From positions 1 to 64,000 of the IMG/VR virus record IMGVR_UViG_3300019755_000002: DNA of 64,000 nucleotides, one strand, 5' to 3'. The notes beneath the pieces were generated by a model that ran no database searches, was not told the origin of the DNA, and worked only from the letters and a program-made list of their open reading frames with translations. This document shows, piece by piece, positions 28,756 to 39,580 of the stretch (its first letter is position 1; every line of letters starts with the position of its first letter). Made by a program: the position numbers and the translations under genes. The stretch comes from a virus.

Positions 28756-29643
28756 ATGAAAAACATCCATGTATTTAAAGCAGAATTACCTTCTATATCA
28801 GAATTTGAAGAGGCGCTTATTGATAATGACACACTTATGTTTACCCGCTGCGGTGATCATGACTTTAGTCGCTTTGGTTTTTCACTAAAGTCAACACTAA
28901 CTTGGCTTTCAAATGGCTACAAAATTGCTTACACGTACCAAGAGAAAAAAATTCCTAGTGCTACGGTAAGAGAATTGGTTGATGAAAAGGTTGCCGCGCT
29001 TGAAGAAGCGGAAGAACGCCCTATTCTTCGACGAGAGCGTAACGAATTTAAAGAGAAAGTACTCCAAGACTTATGTACAAAAGCCCTAACGACCACGACC
29101 ACGTTTGAGGCCTTTTATCACACCGAGCATAAGCTACTTGTTGTTGATGTTGCTAGCGAAGCCTTAGCGAGTTCAGCATTGAAACTCATTTGTCATTGCT
29201 TGCGGTCAGTAAAAACCGAAACCTTGCATGTTAGTCAAATATCTAACAGTTTAGCTATTAACCTTGCTAAAAGCATTCGTCAAAACGTGGCATTAGGCTT
29301 TGCGGGTTTCACGTTAGGAGATAAACTCCATTTAGAAAACGTTGATGGTGAACAAGTTAAATATAAAGGGGATTATGCCCTAGAGCATATCGAGGATTTA
29401 ATTGCCGATGATTACGTGGTAAAACTAATCACCCTAGAAAAAGATAATATAACTTTTGATTTTACTTCGGAACTCAGAATAAAAAACATCCGCATAAATC
29501 CCGAGTTATTCGACGAAATTGATTCCAACGAGGTTGCTACGCGATTAATTCGTGAAGCAACAACGTTGGAATTAATGGTAAATATCTGCCTTGACCTTGT
29601 TAACTATTTTGACAAAGCAGCAGAAACAAACAAACGTAAATAA
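28756..29643 (+). CDS. rdgC: Recombination-associated protein RdgC
   Basis: MKNIHVF, F.RCG...[23 protein letters not shown]; 295 aa. Confidence 0.85.
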   Translation: MKNIHVFKAELPSISEFEEALIDNDTLMFTRCGDHDFSRFGFSLKSTLTWLSNGYKIAYTYQEKKIPSATVRELVDEKVAALEEAEERPILRRERNEFKEKVLQDLCTKALTTTTTFEAFYHTEHKLLVVDVASEALASSALKLICHCLRSVKTETLHVSQISNSLAINLAKSIRQNVALGFAGFTLGDKLHLENVDGEQVKYKGDYALEHIEDLIADDYVVKLITLEKDNITFDFTSELRIKNIRINPELFDEIDSNEVATRLIREATTLELMVNICLDLVNYFDKAAETNKRK

Positions 29644-29665
29644 ACTAACTATAGGATTACACCTT

Positions 29666-29941
29666 ATGAACAAAGCACAATTAATAGAAAAAATCGCTTT
29701 AGAAGCCGAAATTAGTAAAGCCTCCGCTGAACGAGCTCTTAACGCCTTTATCAGTAATGTTAGTGATGAACTTTCCTCAGGGGGCGAAATTTCCCTTGTG
29801 GGTTTTGGTACTTTTAAAGTAGCTGACCGTGCGGCACGAACAGGCCGTAACCCACAAACGGGGGAAACGCTTCAAATTGCTGCTTCTAAAAACCCGACTT
29901 TCAAAGCGGGTAAAGTCTTGAAAGAGGCCGTAAACGCTTAA
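29666..29941 (+). CDS. hupB: HU family DNA-binding protein
   Basis: [11 protein letters not shown]...GFGTF...[10 protein letters not shown]...FKAGK; alpha versus beta assignment uncertain. Confidence 0.9.
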   Translation: MNKAQLIEKIALEAEISKASAERALNAFISNVSDELSSGGEISLVGFGTFKVADRAARTGRNPQTGETLQIAASKNPTFKAGKVLKEAVNA

Positions 29942-29957
29942 CAAAATTTAACCTAAA

Positions 29958-29983
29958 AGACTTAGAGTTAATACTCTAAGTCT
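29958..29983 (+). terminator. Hairpin after HU gene
   Basis: AGACTTAGAGT-taat-ACTCTAAGTCT; no clear U-tract. Confidence 0.45.
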
Positions 29984-30210
29984 AAGGTATTTACCAGATG
30001 AATCTAGTCACAGAAGATTTACTTTTTATTTCTTTGGTTTTTTTCCTACTTACTGTATTAATTCTTTTTTTACGCCTAGAGGCCAAGCACATCAAGCATA
30101 ACTGGCTTAAGAAAGAAGAAAACAAAAATAAGAACCTTGGAAATCACCCTCAATAAAGAGTAATATCAACACTTAAAAATTAAACGTTTATAAAAATTAG
30201 GATTGACGAT

Positions 30211-30795
30211 ATGTTAACAATATCACCAACACTTTATACGAAACTTTATCAAGACATCGTAGATTTTCGTAATGCTTTTCAACTACCTGTAAACGCGCCT
30301 GAGAAATTTTCTCTTGCCGACGACGAACTACACAACAAATTATATTTAGAAGAAACTATTGAGCTTTCAGAAGCCGACACACAAGTTAGTCGTGTTGACG
30401 CTCTGGTTGATTCTGCATACGTGCTTATGGGGCGTTTAGTCCATTTAGGGTATCGTAATTTAACCGTTGCTAGATCGTCAGAACCAGCTAGAGTCTTTGC
30501 ATTAGAAACCATCTGGAATGTTTGTCAAACCGCCTTTAAAGAAGACACTTTTGTTAAGTGTTGGGACAACATTCATGCCTCAAACCTTTCAAAAGTTTGT
30601 AAAACGGAGCAAGAGCGTGATGATACTCTGCGTAAGTATAAGAAACTTAAAATACCCACCCTTGTTGAAGAAGTTAAGGGACTATATGTCGTAAAAGTAG
30701 CTAAAGACGCCACGATTGACGACAAACATTATCCAAAAGGAAAGGTATTAAAGAATGCACATTACAAGGCAGCAGACCTTGTTCCACTAGTTTAA
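30211..30795 (+). CDS. MazG-like NTP pyrophosphohydrolase
   Basis: EETIEL...DALVDSAYV, IHASNLSK, GKVLK. Confidence 0.85.
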   Translation: MLTISPTLYTKLYQDIVDFRNAFQLPVNAPEKFSLADDELHNKLYLEETIELSEADTQVSRVDALVDSAYVLMGRLVHLGYRNLTVARSSEPARVFALETIWNVCQTAFKEDTFVKCWDNIHASNLSKVCKTEQERDDTLRKYKKLKIPTLVEEVKGLYVVKVAKDATIDDKHYPKGKVLKNAHYKAADLVPLV

Positions 30796-30827
30796 GAAAC
30801 TAACTCAAAAATTTGGATGGATTGACG

Positions 30828-33800
30828 GTGGCCGACATGATCCCACAAGTATCATTAAGTATAATTACTAAACCAAGCGGAATACTAACTAAAAAACTAA
30901 GTGTTCAACAAGGTCGAGTAATAAGTGACTCTAGTGAATGTAGAATTAGTTCCGCTGTAGCGAATAGAATAACGCTACCGTTTGACCAAGTTCCACAATT
31001 ACTTAAAGAGTTGGGCAACAATCAATGTTGTGCGACGGGATGGGCGAACACCGACCACACCCAAGTTGAGTTAATGTCGCGAGACAAATTTGAGTCTAAG
31101 CATTACCAATTCCCCGTGCAAGAGTTACCGCACGGGGTTTATGCTACCAGAACACTAGACTCGTTTACTCAAAAAGGGCAAAGTCTAATCATGTTTGATT
31201 ACGACGACGATGAGGCTTGTCCGTATAAAATTAACTGCCCCGAGCAATTTATAGAATTACTATCACAAGTAATCCCAGACTTTAACAAAACCACCTATAT
31301 CCGAACATTTTCAACCTCGTCGGGTGTTTATGACCGCACAACAGGGGTTTGCCTAAAAGAAGCCGCAGGTTTTCATCTATGGATGGTTGTACCCGATGGT
31401 AGTGATATTCAACGATTTGGTGAAGTGTTAGAAAAAAGACTCTGGTTAGCTGGTCTAGGCTATATCAAAGTTTCGACTAAGAATGCCAACCTAAATATCC
31501 GTACTGTAATTGATACGGCGGTATTTAGTCCTGAAAGGCTGGTATTTGAAGCGGGGGCGGTTATTAGTGATGAAAGTATCGAACAACGGCTACCATCCCC
31601 TGAGTATAATGCCAAGCAATATAATTTACTTGATACCAAGAGACTACCTAACTTAAGTGATTTAGAGGAAAAGTCTTATCAAACGGCTATTTTAAATGCG
31701 AAACTAGCCGATCACGTTGTCAAAACAAAAAACGAAATTAAACAACGCATAGCCGACGATTTTGTTGTTAAAGCACAAATGGCGGGTAGAATAATTCCGC
31801 GTTCACAAGCAATGAGAATGGTAGAAAATTTAGAAAGGCATATTCTCCCACCATTTCATATTATTTATTTCGCCGACGGTTCACAAGCGACGGTAATGGA
31901 TATTGTTGCTAACCCCATGGCTTTCGATGGTCGTGAATGTTTAGACCCCATTCGAGAAGATAAGGGTCATGGACGCTCAAAAATCTTCGCTAATTTAGAC
32001 CAAGCCGTACCTAAACCACAAATACACTCTTTTGTTGAAGGTGGGCGTAACTTTGATTTAATGGCTTCTATGAAGTTATTACACGTAAAAACGGTTGACG
32101 AAGAATTTACCGCCTTGCGTGATTTAGTCACTACATACCAAAGTCAGGATAGTGAATACTTCAAAGCAATTGAACTTAAACCAGGTATTAATCTGATTAA
32201 AGGTGAAAAAGGCACGGGTAAAACCTTCACTATTGCAGAAACAATAAGAGCAACAGAATTAAGTGTTCTGGGGATTACCCCTCGAATCGGTTTAACTGAA
32301 ACGGTTTCAGACGACTTTGGCTTATCTTGTTATAACGACGAAAAATTTAAAGAAAGCCACGTTCTAAGGTCACAAAAACGATTAGCTATATGTTATGACT
32401 CTATACATAAGATTGCAGGACAGTATTTTGATATCGTTGTCATAGATGAAATTATTCAAGTTATGCGACACGTTAAATCCAGTTCGGTTAAATTTAAATT
32501 TGTTTGTTTAAATGTTCTCAGGTCTTTAATCTTAAACGCTAGATACGTTGTTATGATGGATGCCGATATCAGCGCGGATTATCTTGGTTTACTTAGAGAC
32601 CCAGATTTGGGCTGCTGTAAACAAAACGTAGACATAAATCTAATCCTTAATCATTACAAACCCGCTCAACGTCAGGGTAGAAAAATTTACAATTACATTG
32701 ACCTTGAAGATAAAGCCGATGAAGAAGCTTGGGGAATAAATTTACTTGAGTACGTGAAAGATAAGGGTACCTTTATTGCCACAAATGCTAGAACACAGGC
32801 ATACAATGTTGCCAATGAAGTTCTCGAATCTTGGGGTTTAAATGTTACCCTAGAACAAGGACATTTTATTACTGAAGTTAATGGTCGTCGTGTTATAACC
32901 ATAACCTCAGACAACTCGGGTTTGTCGGAAGTAGCGCAATTTGTAAGTAATATTAATAAAAATCTCAGGCCGACGGACGTTTTTATTTCTTCACCAAGCT
33001 TAGGTACAGGTGTCTCAGTTAATAAACGTGAAGGTAAGCCTGTATTTGAACGTGTTTATTGTCGCTTCACTAAACGAGCGGGTAACACCTCAGCCGATTG
33101 CTCTCAACATATTGCACGAATCCGTGGTTGTACCGAGTTTCACAACATCATTATTGATACGTTGGAGTGGCAAGAAACTGACCCAGAATTAATCGTAGCG
33201 CAAGAAATTTATGGTCGAGTTAAAGCTGTGGATGGCTATGTTCGTAGTAATGATTTGAACTTTGACCCCTACATGAATAAATACGTTTTTGCGGATAATA
33301 ATTGGGGACAGTGGTTTGGTTTAATGGTTAGTTTTGAAAACCTTGATCGTAATGAATTTGGCTTAAACTTCTTAACGCGATTAGAGCAAGAGGGGTATAC
33401 CATTGAGACAGTTAAATCGGAAATAGCCCCTGAAGCAAGGACTAAAAAGCATGAACAAACTAAGCGTGTAAAAACGAAACAGAAGGAGTTAGAAACACAA
33501 CTAACAGTTGATTCCCCATTATTAACAGATGAAGAAAAAGCGGAGTTAGATGCAAAGTCTCAGTTAACAGTAGATGAAAAACGTCAAATGCTAAAACGTA
33601 GCACTGCCGATGCCTTTGGTGAATACAACCAAGACGGATTGGAAGGTTTACTACGCCTGAGTAAAGCAGCATTAAAGTATCGTCGTTCAGGTTTATATTT
33701 TGGTATGAATAGCGAAACGTTGTTGTTAACCGATTTAAGTAATCGACTTGATCACGAAAAAATGCATATTGAAAAAACAGTACATTACCCCCGTTGGTCG

Positions 33801-34310
33801 CTAATGATATCCTTAGCAAGCATTTTAGGTATAACGTTAGATAATGATAAACTTCCCCATTCAAACGGTGCGGTTATCAATGATGGTGTAAAAGTGGCTT
33901 TTTACAATCGCCTTCGAGAAGAAAAAGAGGACGTAAAAACACTTTTAGGTATTAATGTTGGTTACCATAAAGAAATGCACGGCATTAGTACCGTGGTTGG
34001 TAACGCGGCTAAAGCCATGGGACTAAAACTTATTCGTAAATCGCATAAAGGCCCAAATGGTGAAATAAAAGTCCGTGTAGTCTGTCAAGAATCCTTAGCT
34101 ACTCTTCGCAGCGATATACTACGAGCTAGAGCATACAGCCCATCACCATTACACACAACACTAGCAGAGCCACCACATTCGCTAGTTAACTATGTTGCTC
34201 AGTATAATGCTGGAATGCCTGAAAGAGCACCTAGAGAACATCGATACTTATCTCAGCTTAATGACTATGAATTTGACTTACTTCACAAATTTATTAAACG
34301 AGTGGTATGA
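30828..34310 (+). CDS. Primase-like domain fused to SF2 origin-binding helicase (replication initiator)
   Basis: N-terminal FDYD / STSSG...GFHLW (AEP-like); GEKGTGKT, VVIDE, SPSLGTGVS, QHIARIR; GTG start within motif variant GGATTGACGGTG. Confidence 0.75.
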   Translation: MADMIPQVSLSIITKPSGILTKKLSVQQGRVISDSSECRISSAVANRITLPFDQVPQLLKELGNNQCCATGWANTDHTQVELMSRDKFESKHYQFPVQELPHGVYATRTLDSFTQKGQSLIMFDYDDDEACPYKINCPEQFIELLSQVIPDFNKTTYIRTFSTSSGVYDRTTGVCLKEAAGFHLWMVVPDGSDIQRFGEVLEKRLWLAGLGYIKVSTKNANLNIRTVIDTAVFSPERLVFEAGAVISDESIEQRLPSPEYNAKQYNLLDTKRLPNLSDLEEKSYQTAILNAKLADHVVKTKNEIKQRIADDFVVKAQMAGRIIPRSQAMRMVENLERHILPPFHIIYFADGSQATVMDIVANPMAFDGRECLDPIREDKGHGRSKIFANLDQAVPKPQIHSFVEGGRNFDLMASMKLLHVKTVDEEFTALRDLVTTYQSQDSEYFKAIELKPGINLIKGEKGTGKTFTIAETIRATELSVLGITPRIGLTETVSDDFGLSCYNDEKFKESHVLRSQKRLAICYDSIHKIAGQYFDIVVIDEIIQVMRHVKSSSVKFKFVCLNVLRSLILNARYVVMMDADISADYLGLLRDPDLGCCKQNVDINLILNHYKPAQRQGRKIYNYIDLEDKADEEAWGINLLEYVKDKGTFIATNARTQAYNVANEVLESWGLNVTLEQGHFITEVNGRRVITITSDNSGLSEVAQFVSNINKNLRPTDVFISSPSLGTGVSVNKREGKPVFERVYCRFTKRAGNTSADCSQHIARIRGCTEFHNIIIDTLEWQETDPELIVAQEIYGRVKAVDGYVRSNDLNFDPYMNKYVFADNNWGQWFGLMVSFENLDRNEFGLNFLTRLEQEGYTIETVKSEIAPEARTKKHEQTKRVKTKQKELETQLTVDSPLLTDEEKAELDAKSQLTVDEKRQMLKRSTADAFGEYNQDGLEGLLRLSKAALKYRRSGLYFGMNSETLLLTDLSNRLDHEKMHIEKTVHYPRWSLMISLASILGITLDNDKLPHSNGAVINDGVKVAFYNRLREEKEDVKTLLGINVGYHKEMHGISTVVGNAAKAMGLKLIRKSHKGPNGEIKVRVVCQESLATLRSDILRARAYSPSPLHTTLAEPPHSLVNYVAQYNAGMPERAPREHRYLSQLNDYEFDLLHKFIKRVV

Positions 34311-34380
34311 TAGTGGGCTAATAGCCCAAACGGACTAAAAACTGTTTGGGCTTCAACTCAAATACAGACAGATAGGATTG

Positions 34381-34869
34381 ATGATGCGTACTAAAATGAC
34401 GCTCGGGGTTAGTCGTTCAAAAACAAACACGACGACAGAAACCAAGGCAATAAAACCAGAATTCTCCAAAGAAGATAAAGATGCTTATTACTGGCTAGGT
34501 CAGGTTATGGTTGAGTTGTATCGTCTCAAGTTTAGAATTAAATGGGATAAACCCCTTGCTAAGAACTTTTACAAAAAAGTACGTAAAGTTCTAAGCAAAG
34601 ACTTTATTTCATCAAAGAATCTAAACGCCGCTATTAAACATCACGTTAAATCACCTAAATATTTATTGATGTTAAGACCCGGCGTCTTTAGACATGACCT
34701 AAAAGGGAAACCCACAGTGGCGGTCACTGAATTTGAGTCTAAGCATGCCTTAACAGAGTTATACGAGCATCATGGCGCTTTTATGCGCGACCGTAGAAAG
34801 CGGAGAAATAAACAACCTATTACCTCCACAAGGAAAAATCATGTTACGAAACACAGGCAAACCCAGTGA
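34381..34869 (+). CDS. ProQ/FinO-domain RNA-binding protein
   Basis: KPLAKNF...LNAAIKHHVKSPKYL...RHDLKGKPTVAVTEFESKHA resembles the FinO-domain pattern PLK.GI...Y...R.DL.G...G.V...HA. Confidence 0.7.
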   Translation: MMRTKMTLGVSRSKTNTTTETKAIKPEFSKEDKDAYYWLGQVMVELYRLKFRIKWDKPLAKNFYKKVRKVLSKDFISSKNLNAAIKHHVKSPKYLLMLRPGVFRHDLKGKPTVAVTEFESKHALTELYEHHGAFMRDRRKRRNKQPITSTRKNHVTKHRQTQ

Positions 34870-35272
34870 GGATGCTTATGAGTCTTGGGTAGAAGAATGT
34901 CACGGACACGTCTACCGATTTGAAGATGCTTATGATGCTAAGAAAAAAGGCAAGGCGGCATCACGAAAACCCGCCGATTACTTAATAACGTTAGGTGGTG
35001 TCAGTTGTTTAACCGAAGTAAAAAGCACGACAAAAAAATCACTTTCGTTCTCAGCCATTAGGCCAGAACAGTGGCGAAATGCTGTAAAAGTTACTAAAGC
35101 TGCGGGTATCTATACCTTCGTGATGCACTTTATTGACGAAAACAAATGGTTTGCTGTACCAGCCCAGCTATTGATTAATAGCACCAAACAGTCTATAAAT
35201 ATACTTGAAGTCGCAGAGTACGAATTTGACATAACAAAATTTGAACCAAAGCAACTTTCCTATCTGAAGTAA
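34841..35272 (+). CDS. PD-(D/E)XK Holliday junction resolvase (RecU/Hjc-like)
   Basis: GKPSE, PADY...TEVKST...IRPEQ. Confidence 0.75.
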   Translation: MLRNTGKPSEDAYESWVEECHGHVYRFEDAYDAKKKGKAASRKPADYLITLGGVSCLTEVKSTTKKSLSFSAIRPEQWRNAVKVTKAAGIYTFVMHFIDENKWFAVPAQLLINSTKQSINILEVAEYEFDITKFEPKQLSYLK

Positions 35273-35340
35273 TTGGTTGGCTCCAAAGGGAGCCGATTTT
35301 ATTCAGGTAGATACAATTTGGATTGACGATAGGATCACAC

Positions 35341-36420
35341 ATGAAAACATTCATAATGCCCGAGGGCAGCCGAGTTATAAACTTCCCTTTATCTTCTTTA
35401 GGGCCAAACTCCACCTTAGATAAATACCTTCAACATTGCTATATTCTTGGAGACCCACATTTAGGTCGTAAATTCAAAACGGGGGTTCCTATTCATCGTC
35501 TTGGTGATCGTGAACAAGCCGTCAAAGTTGATTTTCAAGAAAGTCTTATTGGCCTTAAACCAGGTAGAAAATTCCACGTTTGTATGGGGGACTTGTTTGA
35601 TAAGTTTACCGTACCAAATGAATGGGTAGAATTCGCTTATCAAACATACCGTGAAGCAGCGTTAAAGTTCCCTGCAGTGACGTTCATTGTTATTCAAGGA
35701 AACCATGACGCATCAAAAGATAAATCTAAAGTAAGTTCTTTTGAAATATTCGCTGAGCTTTGTAAGCCAATAAGCAACATTAAAGTGCTAACGGAACACC
35801 CAATATTTATCCCACACGATCAATTAAACTTTCTATTCGTTCCGTGGACTCCTTTTAAAACAACGTCTGAACTCTTAGCTTTAGAATTTCCACTATTAAA
35901 CAAAGTTAAAAATTCACCCTTTGTAGCTTTCGGCCATTGGGACACAAAAAGCCACGGTGAAGATATTTGTGAGAACATCATCCCTCACGACCATTTTACT
36001 CGTGATTGCTGTGACGGGGTGGTTACTGGTCATTATCATAAACCCGAAAGAACTATGTTAAAGAAAATTGAATTGTTTGTTACTGGGTCAATGCAGCCAT
36101 ACGCACATGGTGAAGAAGCCGACGACGTAGATAATCCTATGTACGTTACTGACACTAAAGCAAACGTCGAAGCAAAACTTATTGAAGACGAAACCTTTTA
36201 TAAAAACAAAGTGCTTAGGGTATTGGTTGAACAAGACGACACACCGTTAGCGGGTATTGATTGCTATGCACTCACCCACAAAAAGACCGCGCCGTTAGGA
36301 GAAGAAAACGACGTGGACGTGGAAATTGACGACTTTGATATTAAGGGGTTATTCAACAGCGTAATGACAGAAAAAGGCGTTTCCTCTGAACTAACGCAAG
36401 AACTATGGGCTAAATTATGA
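35341..36420 (+). CDS. SbcD/Mre11-like metallophosphoesterase nuclease
   Basis: GDPHLG, GDLFD, GNHD, GHYH. Confidence 0.9.
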   Translation: MKTFIMPEGSRVINFPLSSLGPNSTLDKYLQHCYILGDPHLGRKFKTGVPIHRLGDREQAVKVDFQESLIGLKPGRKFHVCMGDLFDKFTVPNEWVEFAYQTYREAALKFPAVTFIVIQGNHDASKDKSKVSSFEIFAELCKPISNIKVLTEHPIFIPHDQLNFLFVPWTPFKTTSELLALEFPLLNKVKNSPFVAFGHWDTKSHGEDICENIIPHDHFTRDCCDGVVTGHYHKPERTMLKKIELFVTGSMQPYAHGEEADDVDNPMYVTDTKANVEAKLIEDETFYKNKVLRVLVEQDDTPLAGIDCYALTHKKTAPLGEENDVDVEIDDFDIKGLFNSVMTEKGVSSELTQELWAKL

Positions 36421-38465
36421 TTTCAAAAATTAAATATAAAATTGACTTTAGTAATGGGAAATCTCGAAGTAACGATGCGGAGTTATTAAACGGCAGCACC
36501 ATGATCACGGGTAAAAATGGTCGCGGTAAAAGCCTAAATCTTGAAATGATTGCCTTCACATTATTTGGCACCGTAGCGCTACGTGGAAAAACGGGGGATT
36601 ACTCAAGAATAAAATCGCAAATAGATGTTACCATTAAAAATACGCCCTATGTTATTAAGCGTACTAAGAGTGGTGCCGACGTGTTAAATGTCGATGGAGA
36701 GCCACTAGCAACGGGTCATAAAGCCGTTAACGAATGGATAATATCTACATTAGGTTATGGTTATGATGTCTTCCGTATCGCGCATTGGTGCGCTCAAGGA
36801 GACATTCAAGCGTTAGCTAATATGTTACCAACACAGCGTAAGCAAATGATTGATGATGTTGCGGGCTTAACGCAAATGGACGGCCTGATTAAGCTTGTAG
36901 GTGAAGAGGCTAAAATTTATCGTGCGGGGATTACCGCTGCTGAAAGTGTCTTAATAAAACCCACCAAACCCACCAAACCCGAAGGTCAGAGCGAAGGGGA
37001 TTTAAACATAGGCCTAGAACAACTTGAAGTTGAACGTTTAGACTATTTAAAGCTGGAGGCGGAAGTTAATAGCTTACCCCCTTTAGTCGAACCTGTTAGA
37101 CCAACCGAACCTCAACCGTTAACATTACCAGCGCAACCAGAGGAATTAACGGTCGAATTGTTAGAAATTGTACCCGTGACTATTCCAGAAAATTTAGCGG
37201 GGCAAGATATTTTTCAAGTGATTAGGGACTTAAATGAACGACGTCAACAGCTAGAATCCAACCAACGGGATTTATCCGCTATTAAGCAGCAGTTATTGAC
37301 CGCACCACAGTATATTGTAGACATGATCCCAGACGTTGCCTTATTAACGCGAGAAGAACTGGAACGTCAGCATGAAGTTTATAAACAAGCGACGTTAAAG
37401 AAACAGCTTCTAGACCAAGGTGACGTTACGTGTCCCAACTGTAATGTCGCACACCCTTTAGCAAGTGACGCACTAAAGGAATACGAGAATGTTGACTTAA
37501 ACATACTAAACTCAGCACCTTTAAGTTTCCAAGACTTTGAACGTTGTCTTAAGTGGAAAGACTTGAATAGTCGCGTAGCAGAATTAGAAGCAACACTACA
37601 ACCGTTACCAACAATCTTAATGTTATTAGAGCAATTTGAGCCTATTGCGGCACAATTAAACGCTAACGAAAATGCTGAGAAAACTAATGCGGAAAAAATT
37701 GCACAGCAAGCTAAAAGTAACGAACATAACTATCGCCAATGGCAGAACACTTGCCAAAGCCTTAAGCAAAGCCACGACAATAGTGTGGCGCAGTTTAACG
37801 CTAATTTAGAAAACTTTGCCAAAGCCTGTGAAGCGCATAAAGCCGAGGTAATTAGACAAGAGCAAATAGTTAGCACTTGGCACCAATGGGGAACGGATTT
37901 CAAACTAGAGAACCAAGCGTTAATCTCGGAGGTAAATAAAGCACTTCAAACTTGGGCGACGTATCACACCCTTGTTGATGTTTATAATAAACAGCTAACA
38001 TCATACGAATTAGCTAAGAAAAGCATAGATAACGACAAAGCCCTACTTGAAGACCGAAACAAGGCTAAAGCGGCCTTGACGGAAATAAAAGCACGAGTAA
38101 AAACGTACATCGTGCCAAGCCTTAATAAAGTCGCTAGTTATCTACTTAGTGAAATGACAGGCGGTGAGCATAGCAACGTTGTTATTGATGAAAACTTTGA
38201 AGTGGACGTGGACGGCCAACCGCTTAGAACGCTGTCCGGATCGGGAAAAGACATCACAAATTTAGCCATTCGTATTGGTCTTGGAAGAATTCTCACGCAT
38301 AAAGTTTTACCCGTAATGATGTTGGATGAAATTGACGCCGCTATGGACGAAGAACGTGCTCAATATACTTGGGATTGCATACAAAAAATAACGCCCCGAA
38401 TTGGTCAAGTCCTACAAGTTAGCCATAAAGATTTACCTGCTCAACATAGAATGGAGGTGGTTTAG
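36417..38465 (+). CDS. SbcC/Rad50-like ATPase
   Basis: GKNGRGKS, coiled coil with CPNC hook, LSGSG, MLDE. Confidence 0.9.
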   Translation: MISKIKYKIDFSNGKSRSNDAELLNGSTMITGKNGRGKSLNLEMIAFTLFGTVALRGKTGDYSRIKSQIDVTIKNTPYVIKRTKSGADVLNVDGEPLATGHKAVNEWIISTLGYGYDVFRIAHWCAQGDIQALANMLPTQRKQMIDDVAGLTQMDGLIKLVGEEAKIYRAGITAAESVLIKPTKPTKPEGQSEGDLNIGLEQLEVERLDYLKLEAEVNSLPPLVEPVRPTEPQPLTLPAQPEELTVELLEIVPVTIPENLAGQDIFQVIRDLNERRQQLESNQRDLSAIKQQLLTAPQYIVDMIPDVALLTREELERQHEVYKQATLKKQLLDQGDVTCPNCNVAHPLASDALKEYENVDLNILNSAPLSFQDFERCLKWKDLNSRVAELEATLQPLPTILMLLEQFEPIAAQLNANENAEKTNAEKIAQQAKSNEHNYRQWQNTCQSLKQSHDNSVAQFNANLENFAKACEAHKAEVIRQEQIVSTWHQWGTDFKLENQALISEVNKALQTWATYHTLVDVYNKQLTSYELAKKSIDNDKALLEDRNKAKAALTEIKARVKTYIVPSLNKVASYLLSEMTGGEHSNVVIDENFEVDVDGQPLRTLSGSGKDITNLAIRIGLGRILTHKVLPVMMLDEIDAAMDEERAQYTWDCIQKITPRIGQVLQVSHKDLPAQHRMEVV

Positions 38466-38466
38466 T

Positions 38467-38709
38467 ATGTTTATTAGTGAAGAATGGTTGACGTTGTTTC
38501 TCTTAATGTCAATTTTGGGGATGCTTTATTTCTTTATCTTAGCCTTTAAGCTCGGCAAGCGGTTAGTTTATTGGGTTTGCTATTGGTATACACATTTTAC
38601 GTGCAACCATATTTATGTACCAGGTAAACACAGTCATAAAGGTTCGGTTTTATTTTGCATAAACTGCTATCGAACTAAAGAAAACAGGAAAGAGGTAAAT
38701 GGGAGGTAG
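38467..38709 (+). CDS. Small membrane protein
   Basis: GGAGG RBS; TM helix and C..C motif. Confidence 0.6.
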   Translation: MFISEEWLTLFLLMSILGMLYFFILAFKLGKRLVYWVCYWYTHFTCNHIYVPGKHSHKGSVLFCINCYRTKENRKEVNGR

Positions 38710-38716
38710 ACAACAA

Positions 38717-38959
38717 ATGAAAACAGGTCTTGCAGCCATTCTTGCCATAGCCGCTAGCGGCGTCTCTGTTCAGCAAGAGATAGAAAACGCCACTCGAAAG
38801 TCGAGTAATCGTGTGTGGAAACCTATAGCCTCAAAAGCCAAGGGGTATTCGTTCAACGACGCTGGGGTGGCTAATAAGCTATCAAGGGTTGGACGTAACG
38901 AACCCTGTCCTTGTGGCTGCGGTAAGAAATTCAAATATTGTACTTTAATTAAGGAATAA
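38717..38959 (+). CDS. SEC-C motif protein
   Basis: [17 protein letters not shown]. Confidence 0.8.
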   Translation: MKTGLAAILAIAASGVSVQQEIENATRKSSNRVWKPIASKAKGYSFNDAGVANKLSRVGRNEPCPCGCGKKFKYCTLIKE

Positions 38960-38961
38960 AA

Positions 38962-39120
38962 ATGTTAGAACTTTTGGAATACGTCACTAGCGGTTTTTGG
39001 GTTTTCATAGGCTCAATAATTATTATACCGTTATTCTTACTTTGTACTGGCTGGGCTATCAATGCCTTACTGCTAGGTTTGTGGGGAAAGAAATGCTCAG
39101 ACATAGATATTTCACTTTAA
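38962..39120 (+). CDS. 52-aa membrane peptide
   Basis: Not in track; AAGGA RBS; hydrophobic. Confidence 0.5.
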   Translation: MLELLEYVTSGFWVFIGSIIIIPLFLLCTGWAINALLLGLWGKKCSDIDISL

Positions 39121-39154
39121 GGGGTTGTTAGTGTTTAAATTTAGGAGAACAATT

Positions 39155-39456
39155 ATGGATATGTATGGATTTATTGAAAAAATCAATCGTGAAGTTTTGC
39201 ACCCTTTGGGTTTGGCCATGACTAGAAACCCAGAAACGGCAGCAGCGATGGTCTTCTTATTTCGGATGATGGTGAATGGGAGAACGCGCCTGAAATGAAG
39301 ATAAAAACAGAAGATGCAATGGAATTAGGCTTTGCAAGAGACAACCGAAAAAGGCGCAGGCAAATGCGTAGGAATGCCCAGGCATTATTTGCGGCTGGTG
39401 GTTCTATAATGACTGTAGCTGCAAAGTGGAATTTAGAGCAAGCAAGAGCCGTATAA
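39155..39456 (+). pseudogene. Frameshifted small phage gene
   Basis: AGGAG RBS; INREVLHPLGLAMTRNPET continues as GSSDGLLISDDGEWE only after a frameshift near 39238; may be a sequencing error. Confidence 0.5.
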
Positions 39457-39552
39457 CCTTTGCGTTAAGCGGTGAGTGAAAGTTAGTGTGTTTTTGGCTA
39501 ACTGTAAGGAATCCGATGAGCGCAGCGAATGAATTTGAACGCGTTGTTAGAA
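39451..39552 (-). repeat. Integron attC-like site 1 (102 bp)
   Basis: Minus strand reads TTCTAAC-AACGC-GTTCAAAT...GCTTAAC-GCAAAG-GTTATAC (R''-L''...L'-R' with an extra C in L''). Confidence 0.85.
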
Positions 39553-39580
39553 TTGGCGTTAACTAAAAGGTATAATTAAA

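Noticed and set aside
11225-36336. Partial ATTGACGA matches inside CDSs (about 11226, 30715, 36325)
   Set aside because: Explained by Ile-Asp-Asp codons and not near start codons; not counted
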